A DNA stretch of 57,742 nt from the IMG/VR virus record IMGVR_UViG_3300042484_002226, positions 1 to 57,742 of that record, one strand, 5' to 3'. Numbering within the stretch: position 1 is the stretch's first letter; the number at the start of each line of letters is the position of its first letter. The notes below the pieces were generated by a model, which was given only the letters and a program-made list of their open reading frames with translations, had not been told where the DNA came from and did not search any database. The stretch is from a virus (Duplodnaviria > Caudoviricetes). The position numbers and the translations under genes are program-made. This document shows, one piece after another, positions 39,379-48,915 of the stretch.

Positions 39379-41302
39379 AGGCGGGAACGTATTCAAAGGT
39401 GCCGATGGTACGATTTTAACACAGCGTATCAACCAGGCCGATGTCATGCCTACAGTGAAGTGGCTGGAACAGATCACCGGTGTTGATTTTACACAAGACA
39501 AAGCTGCAGACGGCAAGCCAGCCAAGTGGTTGGGCAGTACCGGGCGCAAGGCCACCTCGGGTGACCTGGACCTGTTGGTGCACGATGCTGACATTAGCAA
39601 AGAGCAGCTGGCCGCCAAGCTACAAGCATGGTGTGTGGCACAGCGTGTAGATCCTAAACAGTACATCAAGAAGACTGGCATCTCGGTGCATTTTTTCACA
39701 GCAATCGACGGCGACCCCAGTCATGGATTTGTACAAACAGACTTTATGTTTACTGCAAACCCATCATGGACTGTGTTCTTCTTGAGCAGTGATCCTACGT
39801 CGGCATACAAGGGCATGAGTCGTAACATCTTGTTGAGTTCTGTGGCCAAGGCCATGGGATACAGAATCAACTCCAACATTGGTCTAGTAGATCGCACCAC
39901 TAACCAATTGGTTCCCGGGGGAGACAATCCTGAAACTGTTGCCAAAATCCTGCTGACCCCGCAAGCCACTACAGAAGACATGTACAGTGTAGAGCGTATT
40001 GTTGCTGCACTCAAGAATGATCCCAAGAAGGATGCCAAGTTATCGGACTTCCGTGAGTTCATGCTCAAGTCTGGCACTCCGCTAGATGAGAATGTCAACT
40101 ACACAGATGTGGACTGGATGGCACGACTACGTGACAGGATCATGGTTCAGGGCATGCAGCCCTTGATTGAATCCTCGCTCAAAGAAGCCGAGGAAGCAGG
40201 CATTGGCGGCAAGGCCAAGGGTATTGAGCACTTGGAAGATTATGTGTTTCGTTTCGGGACACCGGGTATTCAACGCGCCCTGGACATTGTTAACGCAGCG
40301 GCTGCATCGCCTGGCAAAACTACCACAGTCAAGTGGGACGGCAAACCGGCTGTTATATTTGGTCGCAAGCCTGCCACAGGCGAGTTTGTACTCACAGACG
40401 GATCCGGGTTCGAAGCAAAGGGATACGATGGTTTGGCCACAAGTCCTAAAATGATGGCACAGATCCAGAACATGCGCAAGGGAGACCGCGAAGTGCTGAT
40501 CAGCATCTATGCCGGGCTGTTTCCTGCGCTCGAAGCTGCCCTTCCGGACAACTTCCGTGGCTATGTCAAGGGAGACTTGCTGTACTATCCACAAAACCCC
40601 TGGAAAGAAGAAGCCGGCAACTATGTATTCACACCCAACACTGTAACATACCGCATTCCGGCAAATAGTGCGCTGGGACAAAAGATCAAGCAAAGTCAAA
40701 CAGGCGTTGCTATGCACACACGGTACGATGATGTGGGTGCACCCCGCCAGCCACTAGGGGATATTAAATTCAAACCTGTGCAGGGATTGCTGCTAGTTGA
40801 CCCCAGCACAAGCGTCCCCCAACAAATTACCCCAGATGCACAATCAGCAGCCGCATTACAGCAAATTATCAAAACACAAGGGGCAAACATCACAGCCTTG
40901 TTCAATCCCGATGATTTAAGAGCAAGCAAGATCACTGACCTTGCTCGGTTATGCGTGGACTTTGTTAACACCAAGGTGGGACAAACTTTGCCTGATGCTC
41001 GGACACTAGTAGCCGACTTTGGCAAGTGGCTGCAAAGTAAAGTGTCTCCGCAGAAGTTCAGTAACATTGTGACTTACCTTAAGAGCAAGCCGGGTAACTT
41101 GTCGGGCATGGCCGCCGCTTTCCAAGCATTCTTGCTGCTGCACAACATCAAAGAGAATATCCGTGCACAGTTAGATGCACAACACCCCGGACAAGAGGGA
41201 TGGGTCATGGCTACACCTTCCGGCTATGCCAAGGCAGTGGGTCGCTTTACCCCAGATGCGTTTGCTGCGAAGAATCGTGAACAGAATAATCCAACTGCAT
41301 GA
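39368..41302 (+). CDS. Pol-beta-type nucleotidyltransferase fused to a DUF6267-like ligase-fold domain
   Basis: N-terminal LGS...SGDLDLLV...QTDFMF; C-terminal HLED, TVKWDG.PA, GDLLY, EGWV, K. Confidence 0.65.
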   Translation: MLTEGGNVFKGADGTILTQRINQADVMPTVKWLEQITGVDFTQDKAADGKPAKWLGSTGRKATSGDLDLLVHDADISKEQLAAKLQAWCVAQRVDPKQYIKKTGISVHFFTAIDGDPSHGFVQTDFMFTANPSWTVFFLSSDPTSAYKGMSRNILLSSVAKAMGYRINSNIGLVDRTTNQLVPGGDNPETVAKILLTPQATTEDMYSVERIVAALKNDPKKDAKLSDFREFMLKSGTPLDENVNYTDVDWMARLRDRIMVQGMQPLIESSLKEAEEAGIGGKAKGIEHLEDYVFRFGTPGIQRALDIVNAAAASPGKTTTVKWDGKPAVIFGRKPATGEFVLTDGSGFEAKGYDGLATSPKMMAQIQNMRKGDREVLISIYAGLFPALEAALPDNFRGYVKGDLLYYPQNPWKEEAGNYVFTPNTVTYRIPANSALGQKIKQSQTGVAMHTRYDDVGAPRQPLGDIKFKPVQGLLLVDPSTSVPQQITPDAQSAAALQQIIKTQGANITALFNPDDLRASKITDLARLCVDFVNTKVGQTLPDARTLVADFGKWLQSKVSPQKFSNIVTYLKSKPGNLSGMAAAFQAFLLLHNIKENIRAQLDAQHPGQEGWVMATPSGYAKAVGRFTPDAFAAKNREQNNPTA

Positions 41303-41323
41303 TCGCCGTTTTTTATCATCTTG

Positions 41324-41331
41324 TATAAATA
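41324..41331 (+). promoter_or_regulatory. T4-type late promoter
   Basis: Perfect TATAAATA upstream of a gene with an AGGAG SD. Confidence 0.7.
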
Positions 41332-41370
41332 AAGTTAGGGATTCGATTCCCATAAATTAGGAGATTTAAA

Positions 41371-41832
41371 ATGGCATTTTTCCCCCCAGCAAATGGTGAC
41401 TCACAACCGGTATTCGCGTTAGACATCAACAATGGCGCACAAACAGGTGATATTAGTTCAGCTGCATTGGTGCAGATGGCAGGCCCCAAGCTTGAGTTCT
41501 TCAAGATTATTGTTCAAGATGGATCACAATCAAACATCGACCTAACTAACGAGTTAGGTAATGTCACAGCCGGTGTGTTTACACCAGGGCTTGTTAACCA
41601 AATCAATCAGTGCATTCAGTTGAAGACCACGATTGCTATGTATCAAGTCGAAGCAACATCTGCGGGCCAGATCAGCATTGCTGTGTACCCGCAAGCTGCT
41701 TGGACCGCTGCTGATTTACAAGTTGCTCTTCGCGCCCTGGGCAACGTTCAGATCACAGCCAGCAATGGTACAGTGACTGGTGTTGACGTGGCTGGTACAG
41801 ACGTTACTAACGTTGGCTTCAAGATAGCTTAA
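41371..41832 (+). CDS. Probable abundant virion protein
   Basis: Late promoter, strong SD, own terminator; A/G/T/V-rich. Confidence 0.55.
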   Translation: MAFFPPANGDSQPVFALDINNGAQTGDISSAALVQMAGPKLEFFKIIVQDGSQSNIDLTNELGNVTAGVFTPGLVNQINQCIQLKTTIAMYQVEATSAGQISIAVYPQAAWTAADLQVALRALGNVQITASNGTVTGVDVAGTDVTNVGFKIA

Positions 41833-41851
41833 TAGTTTTTGTGTTATCACA

Positions 41852-41880
41852 GACCCCGGTTATTATCCGGGGTTTTTTCT
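41852..41880 (+). terminator. Intrinsic terminator
   Basis: accccgg/ccggggt stem followed by a T run. Confidence 0.8.
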
Positions 41881-41899
41881 TGGCCTTAAATACCCCGGT

Positions 41900-42313
41900 A
41901 TGCGTATACGTTGCCGTGCCTTTTTTGATATCACCCGGACTGAAGTTAAACACAACTTCCACAAAAACAGAATCCCGTTCACTGATGCAACCGGCCGGCT
42001 GATTGAAGATGTAGCCGGCTGGCACCGTGCTAGGAATCAGCAACGCAATTGGGAAACTGTAAACCAGGTTATATCGTTGCGTACACTGCCAGAGGAAATT
42101 GTTCCCTCTAAGTGCATTGAACAAGACGGGCAACGTGCCTGGCAGTTTGACTTTGTTGTGAACAACCCTGCGTCAATCGAGCTTGACGGGAACCCTGTGG
42201 GTGTTTTTGAATCAGACTCTAGAGATGTGCCCATGCTAGTTGGACTTGATGAAACACACCAGTTAGCCGACCGCTTGCTGCCCGGCGTCAACATTATGTT
42301 TGAAGTTATTTAA
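41900..42313 (+). CDS. Hypothetical protein
   Basis: RNQQRNWET..QVISLR motif; TAAATA 7 nt upstream. Confidence 0.65.
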   Translation: MRIRCRAFFDITRTEVKHNFHKNRIPFTDATGRLIEDVAGWHRARNQQRNWETVNQVISLRTLPEEIVPSKCIEQDGQRAWQFDFVVNNPASIELDGNPVGVFESDSRDVPMLVGLDETHQLADRLLPGVNIMFEVI

Positions 42314-42346
42314 GCTAAATATTGTCACTATAACAAAGGCAGCGCA

Positions 42347-42607
42347 ATGGACTCCAAAGATATCGAAAAGAAAAATCTCGAAGCACATGTTGAATTATGC
42401 GCTGTGCGTTATAAATTCATAGAAGAAAAATTAGATGCAGTAGACGACCAATTAGTCAAGTTGGCTACTGCAATCGGCGATGTTAAAACAATGATGCAGC
42501 ACATGACAGAAAAGCGTAATACTCAACTTATCAGTTGGGGCCTGGGGATCATGGCTGTAAAGGTCTCAATCATTGGATATTTGTTGGCTACTTACGTTAT
42601 TAAATGA
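42347..42607 (+). CDS. Coiled-coil plus single-TM protein (XhlA/holin-like)
   Basis: HVELCAVRY, coiled coil, C-terminal hydrophobic helix. Confidence 0.5.
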   Translation: MDSKDIEKKNLEAHVELCAVRYKFIEEKLDAVDDQLVKLATAIGDVKTMMQHMTEKRNTQLISWGLGIMAVKVSIIGYLLATYVIK

Positions 42608-43104
42608 AACCACAAGTACTTGAAAGATTGAAACGTATTGTTGAGCCCGACTTATCGGAACTGGAAAAGAATTTAATTTTTCCCGAGTCTGATGGATATC
42701 GAGTTTTTAAGCAGTATTTTATGACTCCCGAAGAAGGGGCTATTAAAGTATTTAAAAATGAAAGTGCACAGGCTGTATTCTCCAGTGTTAAGACTGCGCT
42801 GAGCTGGTGTGTATCTGACAAGTACAGCCAACGCAGATTGCGGGACGAGATTGAACGCTTGGATGCCAAGAAGATGCTGCTGCAGGCAGATCTTGCAGTG
42901 CGGTCAGCATCGCTGGGTAAAGGCACAAAACGAGAGCTGCGTGCCATAGCCGAAGACAAGATAAATGAAAGAAAATATCGTTTAAAACGATTAGACCTTC
43001 AATTAGCCAAATGTATTAATTTGGCTAAATATTGGCAATTAAGAGGATTTAACAATGAAACTTCACGAACTGGGCAGCAGCCGTCCCACCGAACAAGTCG
43101 CTAA
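42604..43104 (+). CDS. Hypothetical protein
   Basis: 166-aa ORF overlapping both neighbours. Confidence 0.65.
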   Translation: MKPQVLERLKRIVEPDLSELEKNLIFPESDGYRVFKQYFMTPEEGAIKVFKNESAQAVFSSVKTALSWCVSDKYSQRRLRDEIERLDAKKMLLQADLAVRSASLGKGTKRELRAIAEDKINERKYRLKRLDLQLAKCINLAKYWQLRGFNNETSRTGQQPSHRTSR

Positions 43105-44278
43105 GGTATTCGAAAGTATACTAGGGGACCGCGTTGATTTCTCCGGCATCAACCGTGCAAAAGCACGTCGTATGCTTGATAAAGTTCAGGCCTTGGTGCG
43201 CGAACACAAAAACAGTCCCAGCCGCCATTACAGCGAACGTAATCCGGACTACATGCGTTTGGTCATGATGGGTCAGGCATTGACTAGCGTCATTACAGAA
43301 GGCAAAGTCAAAGAACTTATGGCTGATATTGCAGATAGCAAAATGTCAGCTGCTGACTTCCTGGCCAAGTACAAGAAGACCAAGGCCGAGGCCAAGAAAG
43401 AGATTTCTGGCAAGAAGGAAGAAGTCAAAGAAGCCGCCGACGTTACTGACTTTAATCCAAAAAGCCAAGGCGGATCAAGAAAAGAGCTGCTGGCAAAGTA
43501 TGCCAAGTCCGGAAGTGCAAAGCATGCTGAGGCTGCTCGTCGTGCCGGCGCTACACAGGCTGAATTGAAAAGTGCTAAATCTAAAGCATTAGGCGAAGCT
43601 ATCATTCCTGGCTCAACCGCAGTCCCTGGCACCGCTCCCGGAACACCACAAACACCCCAGCAAGCTGATGCTGCCAAAAAAGCACAAGCTGCACAATCAG
43701 CTCAAGCAATAGCAGCAACCAAAGATCCTAAACTAAAGATGGCACTAGGCAAGGCTGCTAAGGGACAAAATCTCAACCCCGACGAACAAAAGCAAGTGGC
43801 AGGTGCTGCTCTTATGAAGACAGAAGCCCGTTTACGTCGTCGTCTGCGGGAAGAAAACGAGCTGCAAAAGAGCCAAACAATCCTGGCCATGCAAGACATG
43901 GTTGATCGTATTCAGAAAATGACCGAAGATGTTTCTGAAATGCAATTCAAGGACTTGCCGGCTATTGTTCAGACGCTCAAGAACGAAGGCAACCAAGACC
44001 AAGCTACTCAGCTGCAAACCAGCACTTCTGCTGCGCTGACCCAACTGCTGCAATCGCTGCAAGAAGGTAAGACACAGATGGAACAGTCCCAGGGTATCTT
44101 GACTGGACAAGCTTCACAGATCCCAGGCATGGATGCAGGCGCAGCCCCGGGCGCCCTGCCTTCCCCTGATGAGCTAGACGGTGCTGATGGTATGGGCGGT
44201 GCGCCTGAATTACCACTCATGCCAGACGATGACGAAGACGAACTGCCAGCAGTCAAGCTGGGCCGTGAGCGTCGATAA
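43055..44278 (+). CDS. Probable internal head/scaffold protein
   Basis: MKLHEL start, repeated [LIV]xE sites, Ala/Lys/Gln-rich, acidic tail; TAAATA and GAGG SD. Confidence 0.5.
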   Translation: MKLHELGSSRPTEQVAKVFESILGDRVDFSGINRAKARRMLDKVQALVREHKNSPSRHYSERNPDYMRLVMMGQALTSVITEGKVKELMADIADSKMSAADFLAKYKKTKAEAKKEISGKKEEVKEAADVTDFNPKSQGGSRKELLAKYAKSGSAKHAEAARRAGATQAELKSAKSKALGEAIIPGSTAVPGTAPGTPQTPQQADAAKKAQAAQSAQAIAATKDPKLKMALGKAAKGQNLNPDEQKQVAGAALMKTEARLRRRLREENELQKSQTILAMQDMVDRIQKMTEDVSEMQFKDLPAIVQTLKNEGNQDQATQLQTSTSAALTQLLQSLQEGKTQMEQSQGILTGQASQIPGMDAGAAPGALPSPDELDGADGMGGAPELPLMPDDDEDELPAVKLGRERR

Positions 44279-44619
44279 TGTTCTTATTTGAACTTGGTGA
44301 GTTTGATCCCGACACAGCAAAGCTGGCAGCACTAAGCCAGTTTTTGTTGGGTCGCGCCGACGATACCGATGCTAAAAAAACAATTTCAGTCAAGAGCTTT
44401 TTGCAATTGGCTGCAAATCAAGGCATTAGTCTAACTCAACAACGTTTGCAGGAACTATCCCAACAACCTCCCTTGAGCAACATAATTGCCGCAGTCGAAG
44501 ACGACACTGGCAATGTGGTATTCAAGGGCGGCGATACTGAAAAGCCAGAAATGACTGTGGACAAAGCACAGGACACTGTCGATCGACTAGCCAAACGCGC
44601 TGCATCTCGCAGCATGTAA
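44278..44619 (+). CDS. Late hypothetical protein
   Basis: MFLFEL start; TAATG overlap with the upstream gene. Confidence 0.65.
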   Translation: MFLFELGEFDPDTAKLAALSQFLLGRADDTDAKKTISVKSFLQLAANQGISLTQQRLQELSQQPPLSNIIAAVEDDTGNVVFKGGDTEKPEMTVDKAQDTVDRLAKRAASRSM

Positions 44620-44643
44620 CCAAACTTACTTGTTTTTTATCTC

Positions 44644-44676
44644 AAGTTCTAGTAAACTCCTTACTAGAACTTTTTT
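44644..44676 (+). terminator. Hairpin/terminator
   Basis: Perfect 12-bp stem aagttctagtaa/ttactagaactt followed by a T run. Confidence 0.65.
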
Positions 44677-44681
44677 AACCT

Positions 44682-45581
44682 ATGACACGACTTTTACTTA
44701 GTAGGCTCGAATTCTACATCACCAACGTATGCAACTTGACCTGCAGCGGATGTAATCGGTACAACAATTATAACTTCAAAGGCGCACAGAACTGGAATGA
44801 TTATAGCGAGAATCTAGCCAAATGGGCAGAGAAAATTGAAATCAATCATCCGGTAATTTTAGGTGGCGAACCCTTGCTTAATGCAACTATTAATCAATGG
44901 GTTGTAGGACTTCGTAAGCTATGGCCTAGACTAGGTGCAGTACAGATACAAAGCAATGGTACACGTATTGATCAAGTGGCCGGGCTGTACGATGCACTTG
45001 ATAACGGTAATAATGGCTGGATTGGAGTCAGTGCACATAGTCCAGATGATCTTGAAGAACTATCTCGACGGATCAGACGATTCCTTCGAGGTACTATAAC
45101 TGAAACCGCTGATCCTAACCATATCACTGGGTCTAAATATCAATTTGCCGACAGTAACGGTACAAAAGTCAATATATGGATGAATGACCACTTTGTACAG
45201 AGCAATATCATTGAGCAGCCTAATGGAAGATTTGGATTATACAATAGTGATCCCGATGCAGCTCATGCCAACTGCACATTTGTTAAATTTAAAAATTATC
45301 ATTGGATACGTGGAAAAATTTATAAGTGCGGCCCTGCTGCGTTGATGCCTGAATTTGATCGACAACACAATTTTGATATCAGTGACGAGGATCGAATTTT
45401 GTTAAATAGCTATGATGCATTAAGTGTTGATGAGTTCGATCAGCGAGGCGAAGAATTTTTTCGAACAATTGACAATGTCATCCCCCAGTGCAAATTTTGT
45501 CCAGAGCAGTTTACATACGATCCCATAAAATTTTCCGATCGAAAGAAAGATTGGAAACTAGTAGTTAACAAGGAACAGTAA
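44682..45581 (+). CDS. Radical SAM protein
   Basis: CNLTCSGC, LGGEPLLN, SNG; C-terminal Cys (C, YKC, CKFC). Confidence 0.88.
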   Translation: MTRLLLSRLEFYITNVCNLTCSGCNRYNNYNFKGAQNWNDYSENLAKWAEKIEINHPVILGGEPLLNATINQWVVGLRKLWPRLGAVQIQSNGTRIDQVAGLYDALDNGNNGWIGVSAHSPDDLEELSRRIRRFLRGTITETADPNHITGSKYQFADSNGTKVNIWMNDHFVQSNIIEQPNGRFGLYNSDPDAAHANCTFVKFKNYHWIRGKIYKCGPAALMPEFDRQHNFDISDEDRILLNSYDALSVDEFDQRGEEFFRTIDNVIPQCKFCPEQFTYDPIKFSDRKKDWKLVVNKEQ

Positions 45582-45582
45582 C

Positions 45583-45939
45583 ATGAAACAAGGTAAAGTG
45601 TGGGGACAAACAGAATTGCTAGAAGCCAACGGTGTTTTAGAATTTCATCGCATTGAAGCCAAAGCCGGCGGAGTGTGTAGCAAGCACAAACATAAATTTA
45701 AATGGAATGGATTCTTTGTTGAATCTGGAAAAATGATAATTCGTGTTTGGAAAAACAATTACGATTTAGTCGATGAAACTATTTTAGAAGCAGGTCAATA
45801 TACCAAAGTTGCACCGGGAGAATATCATCAATTTGAAGCTGTCACAGACTGTGTTGCATTTGAATTGTATTGGGCAGAATTTGATCACGATGATATCGCA
45901 AGAGAAACTGTGGGGTTCAATAAACATGGGACAACTTAA
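45583..45939 (+). CDS. Cupin-fold protein
   Basis: CSKHKH..K.NGFFVESG...PGEYHQF; D.I.RE. Confidence 0.75.
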   Translation: MKQGKVWGQTELLEANGVLEFHRIEAKAGGVCSKHKHKFKWNGFFVESGKMIIRVWKNNYDLVDETILEAGQYTKVAPGEYHQFEAVTDCVAFELYWAEFDHDDIARETVGFNKHGTT

Positions 45940-45978
45940 TAGTGTATTTTTATTGGTCTGCGCACTCCCTACAGCAGA

Positions 45979-46050
45979 TTCATCGGAGGGTCAGATATCA
46001 TGACAGAAATTTACGAGCCTGGCGAATTACAACAATTATTAAAGGATTAA
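45979..46050 (+). pseudogene. grxD: Remnant 3' end of a monothiol glutaredoxin (GrxD/Grx4)
   Basis: Reads FIGGSDIMTEIYEPGELQQLLKD*; in-frame stop at 45940 and no CGFS region upstream. Confidence 0.7.
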
Positions 46051-46051
46051 C

Positions 46052-46459
46052 ATGGCATATTCATCCCAAGTGATTGATCACTACGAAAATCCACGTAACG
46101 TGGGTAGCTTTGCCAAGGACGACGAGGATGTCGGCACCGGCATGGTCGGAGCCCCGGCTTGTGGCGATGTGATGAAATTACAAATCAAAGTCAACCCCGT
46201 AACAGGACTAATCGAAGATGCGAAATTTAAAACGTATGGCTGCGGGTCGGCGATTGCAAGCAGTTCTCTTGTTACAGAATGGATCAAGGGTAAAACGCTT
46301 GCCGAGGCAGGTAGCATTAAGAATACACAGATTGCAGAAGAACTCGCACTCCCTCCGGTTAAAATACATTGTAGCATTTTGGCCGAGGATGCCATTAAAG
46401 CGGCAGTAGCAGATTACCGTAAACGACATGACCAGACGGTTACATCTACTAGCTCATGA
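46052..46459 (+). CDS. iscU: Fe-S scaffold IscU
   Basis: DHYENPRNVG, APACGDVM, YGCGSAIAS, LPPVKIHCS. Confidence 0.96.
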   Translation: MAYSSQVIDHYENPRNVGSFAKDDEDVGTGMVGAPACGDVMKLQIKVNPVTGLIEDAKFKTYGCGSAIASSSLVTEWIKGKTLAEAGSIKNTQIAEELALPPVKIHCSILAEDAIKAAVADYRKRHDQTVTSTSS

Positions 46460-47481
46460 CACCATCAGACATTCAGATTCTTCAATTTGAACCTACTAGT
46501 TTTTGCAATGCCAGTTGCCCGCACTGCGGAAGATTTGATGAAGAAGGTAATCTACATCCCGATCTTACATTATCACATTTAGATACCGATCAAATTATAA
46601 AAAATTTACAATTGTTAACATTGACATCCTTGTCTTATGTAATATTTGAAGGAGACAAAGGTGATCCGGTTATGCATCCAGGGATCGAAAAGTTTGTCAA
46701 ATGCTTTTATGATTTGCCATCTCGCCCCATCATTGAGTTAACAACAAATGGCAGCATTCGAGATACTAAGTGGTGGAAAAAATTAGGACAAACTTATCCA
46801 AATTTAAAAGTAATTTTTAGTCTTGATGGATTAGCCGACACCAATCATCTGTATAGGGTAGGTGTAAATTATAGTAAAGCTATGAATAACGCTATTGCTT
46901 TCATTGAAGGCGGCGGGCATGCTATCTGGAAATGTTTGATATTTAAACACAACGAACATCAACTCGATGAGATTAAATCATTGTCGAAAACTTTAGGATT
47001 TGCTGAATTACGTTATGGGCCAGGGGATCGAAATAGATTTAACGGAGTAAGTAAGTGGCCAGTTAGAGTAAACGGGACAGTAAATCACTATATAGAACCT
47101 GCTTCCCCGGGTATTGAAGAAATGTGTCATATTCACTACAAAGAATATGCTTTTTCCAAATCTGATAGTCAACCAGGCAACAAGATTTGTCCTAATTTAA
47201 GCGTCGGGCGAATATATATTAACCACCAAGGCTATGTAGTTCCTTGCTGTATGATGCATTTTGATACCGAACTAAATTATTTTGGGAAGGATCATATGGT
47301 ACAGTTAACTGAAGGGTTAGACAACCAATCACTGCTAATTAACACCCTGTCGACTGTGTTAAATAATAAATTCTTTAATAATAATTTAGTCGATTCCCTA
47401 CTAGGGCCCGAAGAACAATGGCATTTTAATTGTCAAAGATCTTGTAAACAACTTATTATTAAGAATAAAAATAAACTATGA
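46456..47481 (+). CDS. Radical SAM/SPASM protein
   Basis: CNASCPHC, GDP, TTNG, FSLDG, C...G.VVPCC...C..C. Confidence 0.88.
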   Translation: MTPSDIQILQFEPTSFCNASCPHCGRFDEEGNLHPDLTLSHLDTDQIIKNLQLLTLTSLSYVIFEGDKGDPVMHPGIEKFVKCFYDLPSRPIIELTTNGSIRDTKWWKKLGQTYPNLKVIFSLDGLADTNHLYRVGVNYSKAMNNAIAFIEGGGHAIWKCLIFKHNEHQLDEIKSLSKTLGFAELRYGPGDRNRFNGVSKWPVRVNGTVNHYIEPASPGIEEMCHIHYKEYAFSKSDSQPGNKICPNLSVGRIYINHQGYVVPCCMMHFDTELNYFGKDHMVQLTEGLDNQSLLINTLSTVLNNKFFNNNLVDSLLGPEEQWHFNCQRSCKQLIIKNKNKL

Positions 47482-47795
47482 TAACACTTACCGAAGCAGC
47501 AACTAATAAAATACAAAAACTTTTATCAACTAGGGGAGGAGTTGGTGTTCGCCTTGGGGTCCGCACCACTGGTTGCAGCGGACTTGCATATGTGTTAGAA
47601 TATGTAGATAGGCCAGCACCTGATGATCAATGCTTTAACTGTCAAGGATGCAGTTTGTTTCTAGATCCTAAAAGTAGTGTATATTTAACAGGTATGACAG
47701 TAGACTATGTGCGCAACGGTCTCAACGAGGGGTTTGAGTTTCGTAATCCAAATGAAAAGGATCGCTGCGGTTGCGGTGAGAGTTTTAGAGTATGA
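47478..47795 (+). CDS. iscA: A-type Fe-S carrier IscA
   Basis: GCSG, F.NPN...CGCGESF. Confidence 0.93.
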   Translation: MITLTEAATNKIQKLLSTRGGVGVRLGVRTTGCSGLAYVLEYVDRPAPDDQCFNCQGCSLFLDPKSSVYLTGMTVDYVRNGLNEGFEFRNPNEKDRCGCGESFRV

Positions 47796-48001
47796 CCGAG
47801 CGTGAGCTGGGACAGCTAATCAAACAACAACTTGTAGACCTTAACGAGACTATACGGCACTTGGCGTTACTGGGTGTTACTTGTGAATTAAAATTAACCA
47901 ACACCCGTTACGGTGACGATCAAGTGCAGCATGTGTATTCCTCAATTGAGGTTGACTCTTTTCGCAAAGTATCGGTCGGTCGTAAGCCCATTGAAGATTA
48001 G
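47792..48001 (+). CDS. Hypothetical protein
   Basis: 69-aa ORF with ATGA overlap. Confidence 0.5.
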   Translation: MTERELGQLIKQQLVDLNETIRHLALLGVTCELKLTNTRYGDDQVQHVYSSIEVDSFRKVSVGRKPIED

Positions 48002-48008
48002 TAGTACA

Positions 48009-48485
48009 ATGGACGAAGAAAAATCCAACGTTGCCAAGGGCAGGCACAGTTTTGATGCAAAAGTAGATGGCATGTTGGTGCCATTTTTTAATAGAAATGT
48101 TACACCTTATCCCACCGAAGCAGGCGGCCACAAATTTGATCTAGTCCCGGTTACACAACAAAAAGACATAATGATCAATCATGCCAGGATGTATGCCCAG
48201 CAAGAGTATGATCGTATTGTAGAACTAGTGGCGGTATTAGAAAAACAAGCACAGCAAATTAGGCGACGCTTAGAGGTTACAGATGCTGTGCACGCAGCCG
48301 AGTATCAGTTTCAAATTGTAATGGGCAATTGCTACTGGTTGGCCTGGGACAGCAGAAAAGAAATAATGATACTGACCCATCATGGTCCAAACGACTGGAG
48401 CAGCGGTACTCCGGTTGACTTGGTGTATCAAATCAAAGTAAAATACATGGGCGACCATACTTGGCTAGAAATCAATGAAGAATAA
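48009..48485 (+). CDS. DUF2452-like protein
   Basis: PYPT, coiled coil, A.YQF....G..Y.L, P.DW. Confidence 0.55.
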   Translation: MDEEKSNVAKGRHSFDAKVDGMLVPFFNRNVTPYPTEAGGHKFDLVPVTQQKDIMINHARMYAQQEYDRIVELVAVLEKQAQQIRRRLEVTDAVHAAEYQFQIVMGNCYWLAWDSRKEIMILTHHGPNDWSSGTPVDLVYQIKVKYMGDHTWLEINEE

Positions 48486-48915
48486 ATTTATACAGTTGTA
48501 CAGTGACATTGCGTTAAGGGTCTCGAAACTTAGCCATGCTAGGCGACTACAGGTGGGTGCTATTGTGGTCAAAGATGACCGTATCATCAGCATTGGCTAT
48601 AACGGCATGCCTGCAGGATGGGATAACAACTGCGAAGACGAAATTCGTTATCCTGATGCACACGGTGTTACATTAAAAACTAAACCAGAGGCGTTGCATG
48701 CAGAGTCTAACGCGATTTCGAAACTGGCTCGATCTACAGAGTCCGGACTGGGGGGAGAGTTATTCATTACCCATAGTCCTTGCCTTCAGTGTGCTAAACT
48801 TATTCTACAGTCTGGGATTTGTCGTGTTTATTTTGGTAAACAGTATCGAGATGATCTTGGGGTAGAGTTCCTTAAAAAATCTGGCGTTGAAGTACACCAA
48901 GTAAATGCTGAATAA
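48475..48915 (+). CDS. dCMP deaminase
   Basis: GYNG, HAE, SPCLQC. Confidence 0.92.
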   Translation: MKNKFIQLYSDIALRVSKLSHARRLQVGAIVVKDDRIISIGYNGMPAGWDNNCEDEIRYPDAHGVTLKTKPEALHAESNAISKLARSTESGLGGELFITHSPCLQCAKLILQSGICRVYFGKQYRDDLGVEFLKKSGVEVHQVNAE

